Positions 38,492 through 56,852 of a stretch of DNA of 64,000 nt are shown here, piece by piece. The notes beneath the pieces are model-generated. The model did no database searches. It had not been told where the DNA came from and saw nothing but the letters and a program-made list of their open reading frames with translations. The stretch covers positions 62,001 to 126,000 of the forward strand of contig JAKMXF010000288.1 in NCBI GenBank assembly GCA_024704765.1, in the 5' to 3' direction. Made by a program: the position numbers and the translations under genes. Source of the stretch: Oopsacas minuta. Lineage: Eukaryota > Animalia > Porifera. Each line of letters starts with the position of its first letter. Position 1 is the stretch's first letter.

Positions 38492-38865
38492 TTGATGATG
38501 AATATTTCGAATAGTTGAGTTATGAATTGGTTGCTAGGGATAATCTTGTATATTTATAACTGGAATAATGTGATTTAGTTTTGTAGGCAACAAATCCAAT
38601 ACAATAATTAGATGATGTAAGTATTTTCTTGCAGAACAAACACGAAGTTCTGCAGGTGTATGTTATTGTGTCTCGTTGCTAGGATGCTATCTGGAATGTC
38701 GTTTAATTTCTCTCTCAGTAAACTTGTTTGTATAATTTGCAACTGTAAAAATTGTACTAGTAACAATGTGGTTACAATATTATGATAACAAAACTAAGCT
38801 GAGATACATAATGGTGAATGAATGAATGAATGGCAATACGTAATCATGTGGTAGCCAATTCGATA

Positions 38866-39033
38866 CAGTCAACTCCAGTTATATCGAACACGGATATGTT
38901 GAAATACCCGCTTATATTGAAGTCTGAAATTGTATAAATATGGTCCCAAACCGTCACAATTACATAAATATCATTGGTTATATCGAAGTAATTATCGCAG
39001 TCCCTTGAGCTTCGATATTTCGTGAGCTGACTG
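38866..39033. mobile_element. MITE (CAGTCAACTCC family)
   Basis: TA|CAGTCAACTCC ... GAGCTGACTG|TA. Confidence 0.75.
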
Positions 39034-39288
39034 TAAGTGAAACGAATTTCCAATTCTTTTACGTTATATCATATTTAGTACCAAATTCGAAATTCGAAAT
39101 TCGAGGCAATGTGCCAACTGCCAAGATATATAGTCACCCAAACTGTAGAAAATTTAAAGCCTCAGACCATGGATGATTCCTATAAGAGTGCTATATATTA
39201 GTAAATAATAATCAACTTCAACACAAATAATGACATCACACATATACATGATCACATTATCATTCAGGAAGGCATACTATAAGTATTG

Positions 39289-42200
39289 TTAAGTTAATAC
39301 ATATTTTGAGTTGTATATCTCAACAGCAGTAGCTTGACAAGGTCTTAGATCCATGTCACAGAATCCTATCTGGAATTGTGACTAATGATAAGAAAATTGG
39401 TTAATAATTGGATGGGATTTAATGGGTTTCATACTATGTGTAAAATTAGTAAAGGGGTCCAGGGGGGGGGAAAAGATTGGGAACCGAACCTCTAGTTGAT
39501 AGAGTGGGGCTTTACCATGGATTAATTGAATGTCATAGAACGAAATGTTGGGCATCCTAATATATTTTTTCTAACACAGCATAATGTATACTCTTATGTT
39601 TATAATCATAATACCTTCATTGGCTTGAAGTAGTCTAATCCTCTGCCAATCTTTATTACCCAGCCATTATCGAATCTGAGAAAACACAGAAATACAAATA
39701 TGAATTACATCTTACTCAGAATATGTTACTAATATTGCACCATTACACCGAAGGGGTTGCCTAAAGTGACCGTTATGTACAGGTGGCAGATATAGAGAGG
39801 TGTAGGAAGAATTTCAATTCCATGGCCATTATGTAGAGGAGGTGGCAATTAAGACAGATGAATGACATATAAGATATTACAGTGGAAGAAGTTAATAGTG
39901 GCAATCCAAGGGACTTTCAAATGTGGACTTTATGGGGAGGTGACTGCTATATATAGTGACCGTTATAGACAGGTTTAGCGCCAGTAAGGGACCAATAATG
40001 GTGGCCGCTAGCCGCGTTGAGCAGGTTTGACTATATTCGAATTTCTTAAAAATACAAATTTATCCATCAAATGTCAATCAAGTATCAAATCTCATTCAAA
40101 TTCTCATAAATTTAATCAAATACCCAAATTCAAAAAATTAAGGAAATCTTAAGTCAGTGGGGCGCATGGGGAGCACACGTGGTATTTGCCCCCTGTTCAG
40201 ATCCCCTGCTCCCGTGTTGATAATTTTCTTATAATCAGACGAAATTATTCTGGGCAAATTAATCGGAGAAGACTGTAACATTGACGTATACTGTCTTGCA
40301 TAAATATGCTACTTACTACGTGACAATACCTTATTTCTCTATCATGTAGAGTTGTAGAAAAACTGTATTCTAGTGTTATACCGTGTGATGAAAGATCAGA
40401 TTTAAGATCAGCTAGTCTTATCAGCTGATCCTTTTCTCTCTCTTCCTATAGAACAAACAATATTTCACAGAATAAATAAGTAAAAATTCAAACTAGGATA
40501 AAAAGTACGAATATAGCCGGGGAATTATTGAAGGTCAAAAAGTGGGAAATTTCGAATAATTAAATGGAATGGGTAACCTAGTGCTAAATTCAGGGTTCCA
40601 ATTCATTACTAGCCTAAACCTGTACTGTAATCAGTTAAGTTGTCAAAATATGATTACAGTCGAGTCCAGTTAATTGGACCACTTTAGTCCAGAGGAAAGT
40701 CCGATCATCCGGAGCGTCCCACCCGATTACTCCAAAATTTAGAACAGGTGTATTTAGCGCCTGTCTTACATTCTGTCAAGGAGAAAGTGTTCCCTTCAAC
40801 TAGGAATAACTGGATACATTTTTGAATTACAAATTATGATAAATACAAGTGGGAACCTTGGCCACAGAAACAAATCCATACAAATATATATTTTAAGAAA
40901 CTTACTTGATCTCTTGTCGTTACTACAGTAATCTGTTTCACAGAAGTTTTGTGTATTAGAAGTTCACATAATTTTACCAAATTCATTACCTAATATTAGA
41001 ATAGAAAGAAGAATAAATATCACAAATAAGATTGCGTCTCATTCTAGATCTAACAACGTAAATGTGTCTCGCAATACAGTAAAGGATCTGAATATATTAT
41101 GCGTTATGTAAGGGAATTAGCCTTCAAGGTTATGACTACCTGTCAGGCAGAATATAATACCCTCCCACAGCACTGAATATTCTGACCAGTATTGCCATAA
41201 AAATGGTTAAAACTGACTTTGTATTAACCAATTTTACATACAGAATTACATGTATATAACCTATAGAAGATATATAAACAAGTTACTTGATGAGATGCCC
41301 GTATATACGGATCATCTATCTCTACTCTCTGTATACTTCTGTCCAAATATTCTCCGAACAGAGTTCCGTAGCTGAATCCAGTTTCTCCATCTGATATTCT
41401 AATACAAGTTACGCGCTTCTCTCGTTCTAATCAATTACATTTACAAAGAATATTAAAGTTTATTTGTAATAACTAGTAGAACAGTGTTTTGGAACTTTTG
41501 GGACCATGACCTTATCCATATCCTGTTTTGACTAGTGAACGACCGAAATTCGGTTTCGGTATCGGTGGCTTCACCGAAATTATATTAATATTGTAACTTC
41601 TCAGACAGTAAGCAAAGAAAATATATCAAAAGATTACTGACAACAATCGCACAAAACTATTGTTTTGTCGAGAAAACTTGCCCAAAGTTGATTTCATATA
41701 ATAAGAAAACATTAAATACACATCAGCTGGGTAATTGAAAATAGAATAACTTAATACGACAGTCTGTGATAATTACAAAGAAATGTATTTAGTATTATTT
41801 ATCAAGCAATTAGTTACCCAAATTTAGTTTCGGTAATTCACTAGTTTTGACAAATATGGTCCGCTCAATATACTTGTTACAAAATTAACCATGGATAGTG
41901 GATTTCGCGAATTATGTACAACTCCGAGTGCATCGAAATTACCTAGAATAACATCCAAGCAGATATATGAAATACATTATCCATGGTTAAATATCTAATA
42001 AGCATATAATGGGAGCATTTTAGTCATAACAACCCTCATTCACCACATATTCTACTAGATCTACCATAACCTACAGGATAAGTATATTACCTATCTTCTT
42101 TAGAATATCTTCAATCTGAATAACTCTCTCGGTATATTCTTCTATTTTTTTCCGAAACACATCTTGTTCGGATGAACTTTTCGCTTCTAAGAACACATTT

Positions 42201-43219
42201 TCATTAATAGATACATTTCCTTATATCAAAATCGTCCACACATGTTCAGATGGATCCCATATGGAGCTGAAACGACTATGTCATTATAGTGGCCAAATAC
42301 TTTCCCAATTGAGTATTAGAAATATATACCACACCCCTCCGTGAAGCCATGAAGTCCGAATCTATCAAACAGGGCCTGCATAATTCGAACTGTCCGTATA
42401 GGAAAATAATGTGTAGAATTATCAAAGTATTTTGTAGATTTTGTAGAAGTTAATTAGACAAACACCAAATGACAACAAAATGTGTTTATCAGTTATCCAA
42501 ATTAACCCGGTGTTCAGGTGAATTTCGAATTATACAGTGACAAATGGTGTATTATGCAGGTTAAATATTACTTCCTTCAGTGTAGGAGGGGTCTGGGGTG
42601 ATAACTTCCCTCACACCTCAATTTTGGCGCCTATTTAAGGGTCAAGAAAAGCGTATAATGAGGACCTCTATTAGAATCAAGGCTGAAACCGCTTCAAGCG
42701 AATATTGAACTATTCGTTTGCAACCTTGAGAAATTATAGAAATTATAATACACACTAGAATAGCAGGTCACAAGTTTTCAACCATGGACCCCAATAGGAT
42801 CAGTGGCGGCGCCAGCATACTGAGTGGGGGGGGGCAATTGCCTCCCCCTGAAAAATCATATAACAGCTTAGGGTCGCCTGTCGGGTGGCCCGTATGTAAC
42901 TCTATTTTAAACTAGGTTGCCACCCCCCCCCCCCTCTTGGTTGTTCAGTCCCCCCCCCGGAGAAATGAAGCTAGCGCCGCCCCTGAATAGGATTTAACAC
43001 ATTCTGTGGATCCCCTGCTGTCGTTGGTGGACAACCATTCCAACAGGTCCATGCGTTGGAAACCACTGCCTTAGAATATTGTAGTATAAAATTACCCTTG
43101 AGTATAGGCTGTAACAGGTCAATCCCTTCAATGTATAGCTTAACTGCTGTGTTGTATTCCTTTTCTTTGTCACACTTGACTGCTTCTTTAATCTTTTGAG
43201 AAGCACTCAATCTCTCCAT
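39289..43219 (-). CDS. MITD1: MIT domain-containing protein 1; exons 43219-43096, 42186-42091, 41426-41287, 40989-40906, 40445-40330, 39675-39615, 39381-39289; 237 aa
   Basis: MIT helices (YIEGIDLL), then TGFSY..[34 protein letters not shown] and FCDMDLRPC (PLD-like MIT_C domain). All junctions keep frame. Confidence 0.93.
42801..42985. mobile_element. hAT-type MITE with perfect 8-bp TSD, nested in an older MITE
   Basis: TIR CAGTGGCGGCGCCAG / CTAGCGCCGCCCCTG; TSD AATAGGAT at 42793-42800 and 42986-42993. Confidence 0.85.
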
Positions 43220-44268
43220 TCAATGTCTAATAACTTTAGTTTAGAAGCAAATTACACAAAACTACGTAAGCACATTATTAACGATACCGGAGAGTTACAG
43301 AGCCTAGAAGTTTTAGCACGCTTAAGCAATCGACAAGATATATACTAGGGAACCTGAATATATGACCAGCTTTCAATAGGCCTTAATAACGGCGATCATA
43401 TTTACAAGAGTCGCGATCGTTTTCTTCCAAATTTTCGATCATTACATATTCTGTAAGGACGACTGGGTTGGTCGATTTGTTTATGGACAATAAGAAATGA
43501 TCGCAAAAACAATAATGATTGGATCGACGATACATCGGGATAGAGATCGCGATCCTTTTAAGTACTCGATTAATAGTACCCTACTGGCTACACTGTATTC
43601 AGAGCTGTCAGTATGCTCGGAAAGTGTAACGGCCTTTGGTGTAAGAGAATGAAAGTGGAGTTGCTCTGTAGGTCAATCACCGATATAGCTAACAATGTTT
43701 AGGAAGGTGTCAAGTGGTGCATTCTAAAGCAGCACTACTTCCTACAACCCTGACAATATATATATATATGCGACAGGTTAAGTATTATATAATTATGAAA
43801 ATTTATGAAATTAGCTCTCAAACATATCAGTAGTTGTTCTAATTAGCTCTTTGGTATTAACTACACTCCTTAGTAAGGATTATTGGAAAAGGGGGCTGAT
43901 ATTTGAGGGAATAGGATTTCCCGCCAAAAGGCCAAAGCCAGTCAGCTACCATGCCCAAAATGAGTACATAATGATATTCAATTCATATATTGATGAGTTT
44001 AAAGTATTCGTTGAAATATTGACTGAGGCATCTTGGAGCTAGAGGTCCAGGCCAATAGGCCTTCCGCCCCCCTCATTGGGGCTGTTACCACACAAAAACG
44101 ATATCAACATATGAAGCAAAGTTTATTAATAATACAAAGAGCATAAAACACAATACACGTACTAGTTCTGTAGAAAATTGAATTATCACAGAAGTAATGA
44201 GATAATTATATAACAGAATAGATAGGTTTGTCACAAGAAATAGCTAAAAGGAGAAAGTTAAGGAGTTA

Positions 44269-45513
44269 CTAGAATATCTGTATAGTATGATTAAGATTCT
44301 CAGATGATACTAGAAGCCTCCCTTCCTGGTTAGTATATATTCCTTTGGGTAGGATAAACTCTCCTCTCTCTTGTCCTTCCTTTCCTATCTTGTGTATTAA
44401 TTCCCCTTCATGTGAAAACACACATACACAATGAGCATCACGGTCAGTAATAAGAATATTAGCAGATTCATCCACGAACAAACGAGTTGGATTTATTACT
44501 AGTTTCCCTACTCCTTTAGTAATCATATGACGAATTGATTCGTGAGCATAATTATAAATAATCAAGCAAGGATCACTACAACACAGAACAACAACCTCAG
44601 TAGAGGTTAGCTTAACATCTCTAGCTCCATGAATATCAGGAATGAAAGAATTAAATGACAGATCTAAGTTCAAGCATTGAACTCTGTGATTATTTAATTC
44701 CGCAATATAAATGCTATTCTTATCAGTAGAGATATCCATACCTGATGGATAGTCAAATTCTAACTCATTTTTTCCTTTACCACCGACAGAATGCAATAAT
44801 TTCCCTCTCTTAGAATATACATTCATACAATAGCTACGATACTGTGTCACATATACCTTGTCTTGTGCTATACATATACCAACTGGACCATCCATCTTGT
44901 GATCGAATAAGAATACAAAATCATAAGAACTATTAAATACCTGTACTCTATCCCATCCTATATCAGATATGTAGATATAGTTAGTTACAGGATCTATAGC
45001 TATACTACTAGGAAAACAAAACACACCAGATGAATTGTCCTTTTCACTACGTCTCCCAAACACCTCTACAGGTTGAGACATCTTCTTGTAGTCTGGTGTC
45101 TTGCTCTTTTTGGGATTAAGTCGTAATCTACCAGTTTCTCCAAGTCTCTTCTCCAGCAACTCATCCCATTCCAAACCCACGTTTTCATAGGTAAGACGAA
45201 CTGTCTCGAGTTTGCTCTCTAATTCTTTAATTCTTTCATCCATGAGAGCAACACTCTGATCTAAAACATCTTTCCCCGTGTTTCCTTTTACAGCAGACAA
45301 CAGTTCTTTGGTGGCCACCATTTGTTTCTTTTCCTCCTCTATTCCCTCTCCAGTATAATCATCTAATAAGTGTTGTAATTCTGCTAAGAGGTCTCTCTCT
45401 CTGTCTTGCAGAACCTTGTGTGCCCTAATGAATCTCTCAGTGATTTCTCTGCGGACTCTCTCTACCTGAGAGGGAAAACTCTCATCAAATTGAACGGTGC
45501 TAACACTAGCCAT
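44269..45513 (-). CDS. Coiled-coil + NHL-repeat protein, copy B (close paralog of 6265-7512); intronless; 414 aa
   Basis: Near-identical protein to copy A (M.SVSTVQFDESFPSQVERVRREITERF...HTIQIF). Confidence 0.92.
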   Translation of the reverse strand: MASVSTVQFDESFPSQVERVRREITERFIRAHKVLQDRERDLLAELQHLLDDYTGEGIEEEKKQMVATKELLSAVKGNTGKDVLDQSVALMDERIKELESKLETVRLTYENVGLEWDELLEKRLGETGRLRLNPKKSKTPDYKKMSQPVEVFGRRSEKDNSSGVFCFPSSIAIDPVTNYIYISDIGWDRVQVFNSSYDFVFLFDHKMDGPVGICIAQDKVYVTQYRSYCMNVYSKRGKLLHSVGGKGKNELEFDYPSGMDISTDKNSIYIAELNNHRVQCLNLDLSFNSFIPDIHGARDVKLTSTEVVVLCCSDPCLIIYNYAHESIRHMITKGVGKLVINPTRLFVDESANILITDRDAHCVCVFSHEGELIHKIGKEGQERGEFILPKGIYTNQEGRLLVSSENLNHTIQIF

Positions 45514-45702
45514 TATAGAAATCGCCAAAATTGTCTGAAATACAATAAATATTAGAAAATAATAAATATAAACTTAACATTGAATTGGTTACAAACAGTA
45601 TGGTTCTGTAATAATAATTACTTTCAATGAAATCTGATATAAACTAAAAATAGATATAATCTCTTGAATAATATTAGTATACGAGTAATGTAATACTTAA
45701 CA

Positions 45703-45733
<31 letters not shown>

Positions 45734-46251
45734 TTCATCCCTAAATCCCTAGATTTTCAATATTTACGTGGGATTTCGCGTTATTCCACCTAATTCACCC
45801 AAAATATCCACAAATATATCAAAATTGGAATATTATCCTTTGGATTTTGAATTTTCCCCTTAATCGTACCTGAAATCCCGGGATAACTATTCACATGTTA
45901 TAGCGAGTTTATGAAGGGTATTAATCACATCTAACTATACGCATTAACAGAAACTGCCAATTATTGGTGCGGCGAGCATGAGGGACACACTGCCGTATCA
46001 GCTCCTAAGGCCCTGAAATCGAATTATGTGTGTTCGAATATTCAAAATATCTTCGCCGATATCTTAAAACTAGACAATACATTTCTAGAATATTTTAGCT
46101 AACAAATACGTGCATGCAAGTACACAGCACAAAGCAAGCGAAGCATACTTGTGACTTATAAATGGGATTGTAAGTAGGTGCTAAATCTATGTTAGAAGTG
46201 ATACTATTATGAAATACAAAGTGTACTAGCTTTATGAAGAAAGATAGAAAG

Positions 46252-49200
46252 TTAATTCCAATGCAAATCCTCCTCTTTCAATGTATTCTGAATATTCTTC
46301 ATAGTTCTTAATGCTGTAATGTTAGAAGCAGGTAGAGACGCAAGATTGTACAGATTTACAGGAGGACTATTAGAAGCTACTGGAATTTCAGTCTGTGGGT
46401 GAGAGGGAATAGTCTCTACAGAGTCTTTACGCTTTGAATTGACCTATTCAATACTTTATTAAACAGGAAATATAGCAAATATGGATACAGTCACTTCCCA
46501 GGTATATCGATATGGGAGTATCACATTTGTGTACAAATATATGGTACACAAAGATCCAGCTGATTCTTCTCAAACGTCGAACTAGCCTTGTACAAGTATG
46601 ACATTAGTGAACTAGTCAGCTAAAATCACATACAGTGTAACCTCATTAATACGAACACCAACCGATGGTCAAATTTGATCTCCTTATCCTGAGTAATGTC
46701 AATTGAATAACAATTGTAGGGACCTGATTTATGGAATTATTTGTTCGTCTTATCCGGAAATTCCTATTAACAGTAGTCTACTGTAAATCAGTAATTATAT
46801 CCAATATTCTTAACTGATTTAATCAAACCCCATTCACTAAGAAGACATCGATTTAGAATAACCAATTTTACAACAAGGAGGTAGTCATACATTCAGGCAT
46901 CCAGGAGTTATTTTACACTAATCCAAGGCTAAAGCTACTGCGACGTTTGTGTACAGATATATTTGTACACAAATGTCGTACTGTCTCTACATAAACATCT
47001 TCCTCCGATCAGAAATATATCAAAGCCTTAAATTGTATAAGTATGGTACCAAACCGGCAAACTAATATATATTTTTATCGGTTATAATGAACTCCGCGTT
47101 TATCTGAAGTAATTATCGTGGTTATTGAGCTTAGAAATACAGGAGTTGACAAGTACATCTGCGTTGTGTAGAGGTCACAGTCTATATGTATATATATGTT
47201 CGAGCGACGGAATATCCTTCATTCGTAAGAATGATACGTACAAGTATATCTGACCTGTTTATTAACCGTCTTAGCAAGACGTACATGTTGAGCTTTAACA
47301 TCCATCTGTTCCAGTAGCTGACTTAGTGCTTGTTCTATAGGCGCACTGTCTTTAGTCGGACTATCCTGTGACATCTGTAATTCTCTAGCTAGATGCTGGT
47401 GATGTATTTGTAGTGTAGCTAGTTCTTTCTCTAACTCTTCAATCAACCTAAACAATCAAATAAGAATCCAAAAATTCCACAGAATATTATGTTATGCTTC
47501 TAATACATTAATTGTATTAAGTAATAATGGAATACCAGAATTTCTCAAAATGTTTAGCCTCTTACATGTGAGAACTTAGCAATATTTGTTATAAGAATGT
47601 ATTATTCCTAGATTGGTACCATTTTCGGTGTGGAAATACAGTTATTTCCGGAGTTATCTTTCTAGCAATCACTGATGGTTAATTTTAGACAAAAATATAT
47701 CAGAGGCCTTATTAACTAAAATTCTTAAGTCAAATCTTAGAATTTTAGTTAATAAGGCCCCAGGTGAGTGAAAATTGAGGATCTTTGTCATCTTTCCTTT
47801 ACAGTAACACTAATCTACTGAATTAGACGTAGTAATATTAGTGAGAAGGAGCGCTCTCCAAATAACATGTGTAAATACAGTAACATACTTTTTAGAATCC
47901 TCTTTGGGTAGACATTCGCCTATACTTCTATTCCTTTCACTCACTTCCTTCCCTCCAGGTCCATGTGATCCTCTCCCACAAACAGCTGTGTTATGACTCT
48001 TCAGGAGAGCGATCAACTGTTGATAGTTTGCTGCAACAGAGTGAGATTGACTTGTAGAAGTCCCAACCACGAATGGAATATCTTTAAGCTGAACTCTGTA
48101 GTGATCACGAGATTTTGTGTTTGTGTGTTTGTGTTTAGTCAGTTTATTGCTGATAATTTTCTTCTTCTTAACTCGAGTACGTGAGTGAGGACATGAGGAT
48201 AGAGCGGTAGCACGAGCTAAACTTAAATTAGCGTCCTGACCTGCCTGAAGGTCAGCAGCCTTCTCCTAGATTATATATATATATATACACCGATTATGGT
48301 CTGTGTGTTACGAACCAAATGAATCTAAATTTAGCGCTATGTTTGTACAAAATTCTGGCATTTTTGCAATTTTTGACATTCAAAAATTTCCACCTTCTGC
48401 CGGTAGGAGTTTTAACTGAGCGAGCTGTAATACCAAAATTACCATTTCCATTTCAATAGATAGTCATATCCCTCGATTTATGACTGTAGCCATTAACAGA
48501 ACCTCATTAGTACGAATACCAAAGGACCCTAAAAAACGGTCGCCTTATCAGAAATTCGTATTAACCGTATTTTATGGAAAAACATTCATTGAAGGAACGA
48601 AATTCAGTTCGCATTAACCTGAAAATTTTCCCAGTTAGTGCGAATATAATTCAACTCTTAGGAAAATCCGTAAATATCACGAATTTTAAACCAGGCTCAT
48701 GGCTCTTCACAAGTAGGTCAAAATATCCACAAATTGACGTGAAAAGATCGCCAATATACGCATCTGAATGTATTGTATTTCTACTGAATGGAATATATTG
48801 TATAGTTACAGACCTGTAATAATTTCCTCCTATGTCTCTCCAGTTTTAGTTCATGCTGTAACTCCCTTAACTTGTTCTCAGTTTGTTCCTGAGAAGAAGC
48901 CATCTCTCTCTGTCTCTCCTCAACTTTACGTACTGCCTCTTCCGAGTCTCGTTTCGCGAGTAGCTCTGTATCTAATTGGAATTGTGGTTGTAGTATTTCA
49001 GAGCTAGTTCTTAATTCATCGTACTTATGTTCTAATCGTGACATTTGTTCTTCAGTGTATTTCCTATGAAATTATGTATCATTACAGATGAATTAGCATC
49101 TTAATTATAATAAGCAAATCTTAACTGGAATATTTCGGGAATGGTTTTTGTAGCTATTATACGGAAGCACAGTAGAATCTCTATTAGTGGATGAGGTCTG

Positions 49201-50889
49201 ATCTCCAGATAATTCCTCATATATAATTTTATAGGGAAATGTCCTTAAACTGAGATTTTTTAGTTTATGCACTTTACACTGTACATTATAGCACTCAGTA
49301 TTATACTTTACCTGTCAAGTTCCGCTCTCCTCAACATCTCTCTTGTTGTTTCTAACTCTTGAGCTTGTTGCCAACATTTCTCGTTAATAGAATCCAGTCT
49401 ACGCTCAACTTCATAGTTGTTAACGTTCTGAGGCTATATTAATACATTCAACATCCAGTAACTCAAACCTCAGGTCAGGGAAATCAAAATCCGTTCGAGA
49501 TAGGTAAAATTCACGGATGGCCTCAATTTAAAGTATAGCCCAGGTCCATACAGTATTTATATTATCTGTAATTACCTGACTGGCTCTTGGTTCAAAAGGA
49601 TAGCTATCCCTTAGCTCACTTACACTAACAGGCTGTATTCTAGAATGTTCTAGAACATTCTCTGTAACAGCAGATCTATCTAACAAATCTAATTGTTTCT
49701 GACTAGTCCGTGAGGAGAGAGATTCAAACTTTTCAGCAGCAGCAGCTCTCTCCGTCTCTAAACGAGCTATTTTACTCTGTAGAGCTCTCAATGCTTCTAT
49801 CATAGCTTGAGAGTGTATACTATCACTGGTAGTGTCATGCTTGTTAGAAGGATATGAATATACTGTTTCACTGCTCTGATGATCTGCCAGAACCTGTGAA
49901 ATTGGTTATTAGATAAATGTATGAGATAAGGGACGTTATACAATGGATGCAGGTTATAAGAACATGTATTGCTACTCCCAAGGGTGTTCTTATACCAGCA
50001 TTCAATGTCTACCTCGAATTCTTGTGAATTTACTGTTAGTTGGCAACATGTTTCAGTTCCAGAATAATTATCTCATTTACCTACCGCATGAATAATGTAA
50101 TTATTTCACCATTTTATCAGTTAAATTCAACTACACAATATATTAACTAACAGGTGAATAGTAGTGATTTTTATCTACACAGACCTCCTTTAACACGCTT
50201 AAGAAGTAGAATCATTGAAGTATTTCCATAAATTCGCCATTTTCTATTAGGATACCGTAAACTGGGGCTATTTTGGCCCACTGGGTTTGCTTTAGCCCAA
50301 ATATCAAAGTTTCAAAGAAACTAGATTAGATTCAGTATTATACTTGAAAATGACTGACAAATTTTTAACGAATTTTCTAATATCGGTAAACAATTCGAAT
50401 ACAAATACAATATCTATTCGATACGTAAGCAAATTTCAATATTAGGGCTAAAGCAAACCCAGTTGGCCAAAATAGCCCCAGTTTACGGTAACGTCATAAA
50501 TAATGATAATGAAATGCCGCCCGCATGCTTAGATGAACATCATGAGAATTGAAACAAGATTCTCATTAGTTAACAGGTGTTTATAATGGAGTATCTATAA
50601 TCTCAGTAAATGGATACTAAACCTTCAAATTTGCACTGCTAACCTCTCTTATCGGTTTGAAAACTGAATCTCTCATCCCCTGAGGTTGTGCGTATGATAT
50701 ATTAGTACTAGCACTAACAATGGATAAGTTAGTAGGACTGTATGGCCTATCTCTTTCCTTGTCAATTCCCTGAAGAAACTGTTTGTAATAGTTGTCCTGT
50801 AATAAGTCCAACTCTTTGTAAGGAGTACTAGCTCCAGAGCGGACAGAGGGTAGAGAAGGAAGATCAATGTGTTCTGGCCATGTCTCCAT
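46252..50889 (-). CDS. CEP57: Centrosomal protein 57 family; exons 50889-50623, 49893-49576, 49433-49312, 49063-48814, 48265-47889, 47447-47255, 46443-46252; about 572 aa
   Basis: ALRALQSKIARLETER (Cep57 coiled-coil domain), HYRVQLKDIPFVVGTSTSQSHSV.AN, a microtubule-binding coil (LIEELEKEL...EQMDVKAQHV) and terminal MKNIQNTLKEEDLHW. Confidence 0.85.
47705..47759. repeat. Perfect 21-bp inverted repeat (possible minimal MITE)
   Basis: GGCCTTATTAACTAAAATTCT ... AGAATTTTAGTTAATAAGGCC with a 13-nt spacer; CAG flanks at 47701-47703 and 47761-47763. Confidence 0.8.
50255..50488. mobile_element. 234-bp MITE with long TIRs (pogo-like), copy 1
   Basis: TA|CCGTAAACTGGGGCTATTTTGGCC...GGCCAAAATAGCCCCAGTTTACGG|TA. 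Confidence 0.85.
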
Positions 50890-51370
50890 TCGTAATTAGT
50901 TAGAGAAATATCTAATTTACGTATATACTGTAGAAACCGGAGTTTGTAATTGCGCTTCTTTCACACAAAGTACATATCCAAGAAACAGAACAGCACAAAA
51001 TACAATGATTAATGAAATCGTGTTCACAAGTCATGAAAAGGCCCTGTCCGATTTCTGAAGGCTTTTAGAGGCTATTCTTGGTGTTTTGGTGGCAAAATTA
51101 ACACAATTACAGAAATTATCACCACCAATAAGCCCAAAAGAAATGAGCACAATGAACCCTCCATAAAGGGCGAGGAAATTCTGGAAATATAGTGAAAAGT
51201 AAAGAGCAAATTTATATTCTCATACTAAAGAACTGTTAACGAAAATTTGGTCCCCTGAAAAATTTAACAGATAATGGGTAGCATTATTCACATCCCGGCA
51301 CTGTTTGTAGAGCCTAACTGCCCTATAGTTACATTGTAGCTGATGACGTCATACCATTCGCCATCAGGTC

Positions 51371-51375
51371 AAAAA
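51371..51375 (-). terminator. Pol III oligo-dT terminator of tRNA-Thr
   Basis: T5 run on the minus strand, beginning at the tRNA discriminator base. Confidence 0.6.
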
Positions 51376-51448
51376 GGCAACGGAGGGATTCGAACTCTCG
51401 ATCTCCTGTTTACTAGACAGGCGCTTTAACCAACTAAGCCACGTCGCC
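51375..51448 (-). tRNA. tRNA-Thr (AGT anticodon)
   Basis: GGCGACG TG GCTT AGTTGGTTA AAGC G CCTGT CT-AGT-AA ACAGG AGATC GAGAG TTCGAAT CCCTC CGTTGCC T folds into a cloverleaf; one A52-C62 mismatch in the T-stem. Confidence 0.93.
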
Positions 51449-51632
51449 ATATAATTTGAAAACGGCAAGGTGAGTACTTTTCATTCTACTTGCCAGACAT
51501 TCTTAAATTCGGAAATTGAAATATATATGTCATAGTAGAAATATTTCAATTGACACATTACCTTCTACAAATACACTAATCGAAAAGTAATCCTTTCTAA
51601 TAGAGAATAGATATTTTAATCTTGGTATTGGA

Positions 51633-56464
<4,832 letters not shown>

Positions 56465-56852
56465 TATATCTGTAATTTTCTCTAATTCGCATGTGAAAAT
56501 TAACAAATTGTGACTTTTTGTAAATTTTAGATAACCTGTTAAACAGGCGATAACCACCAATACCATTGAATACCCCAACAGTTCCCAACCTATCACCTGT
56601 GCTCAGTGTTCCACCTCCCATAGACTGCAATACAAATTTTGAGATCTTGTGGATCACTAAGGGGGCAATAGATCCCAGGTTGGGAACCTTGAAATACCAT
56701 ATACAACACCTAACGATTACTTTTCAAAAACACTGAATAGGGTGTGTTCATCGTGGACTATCAACGCTAATTAGACAATTTCTTTCAATTTATAAGGGCT
56801 TTCGGAGCGTATATAAATGTGTAAATATCCTCTAAACCAGCAGGAATCAATG

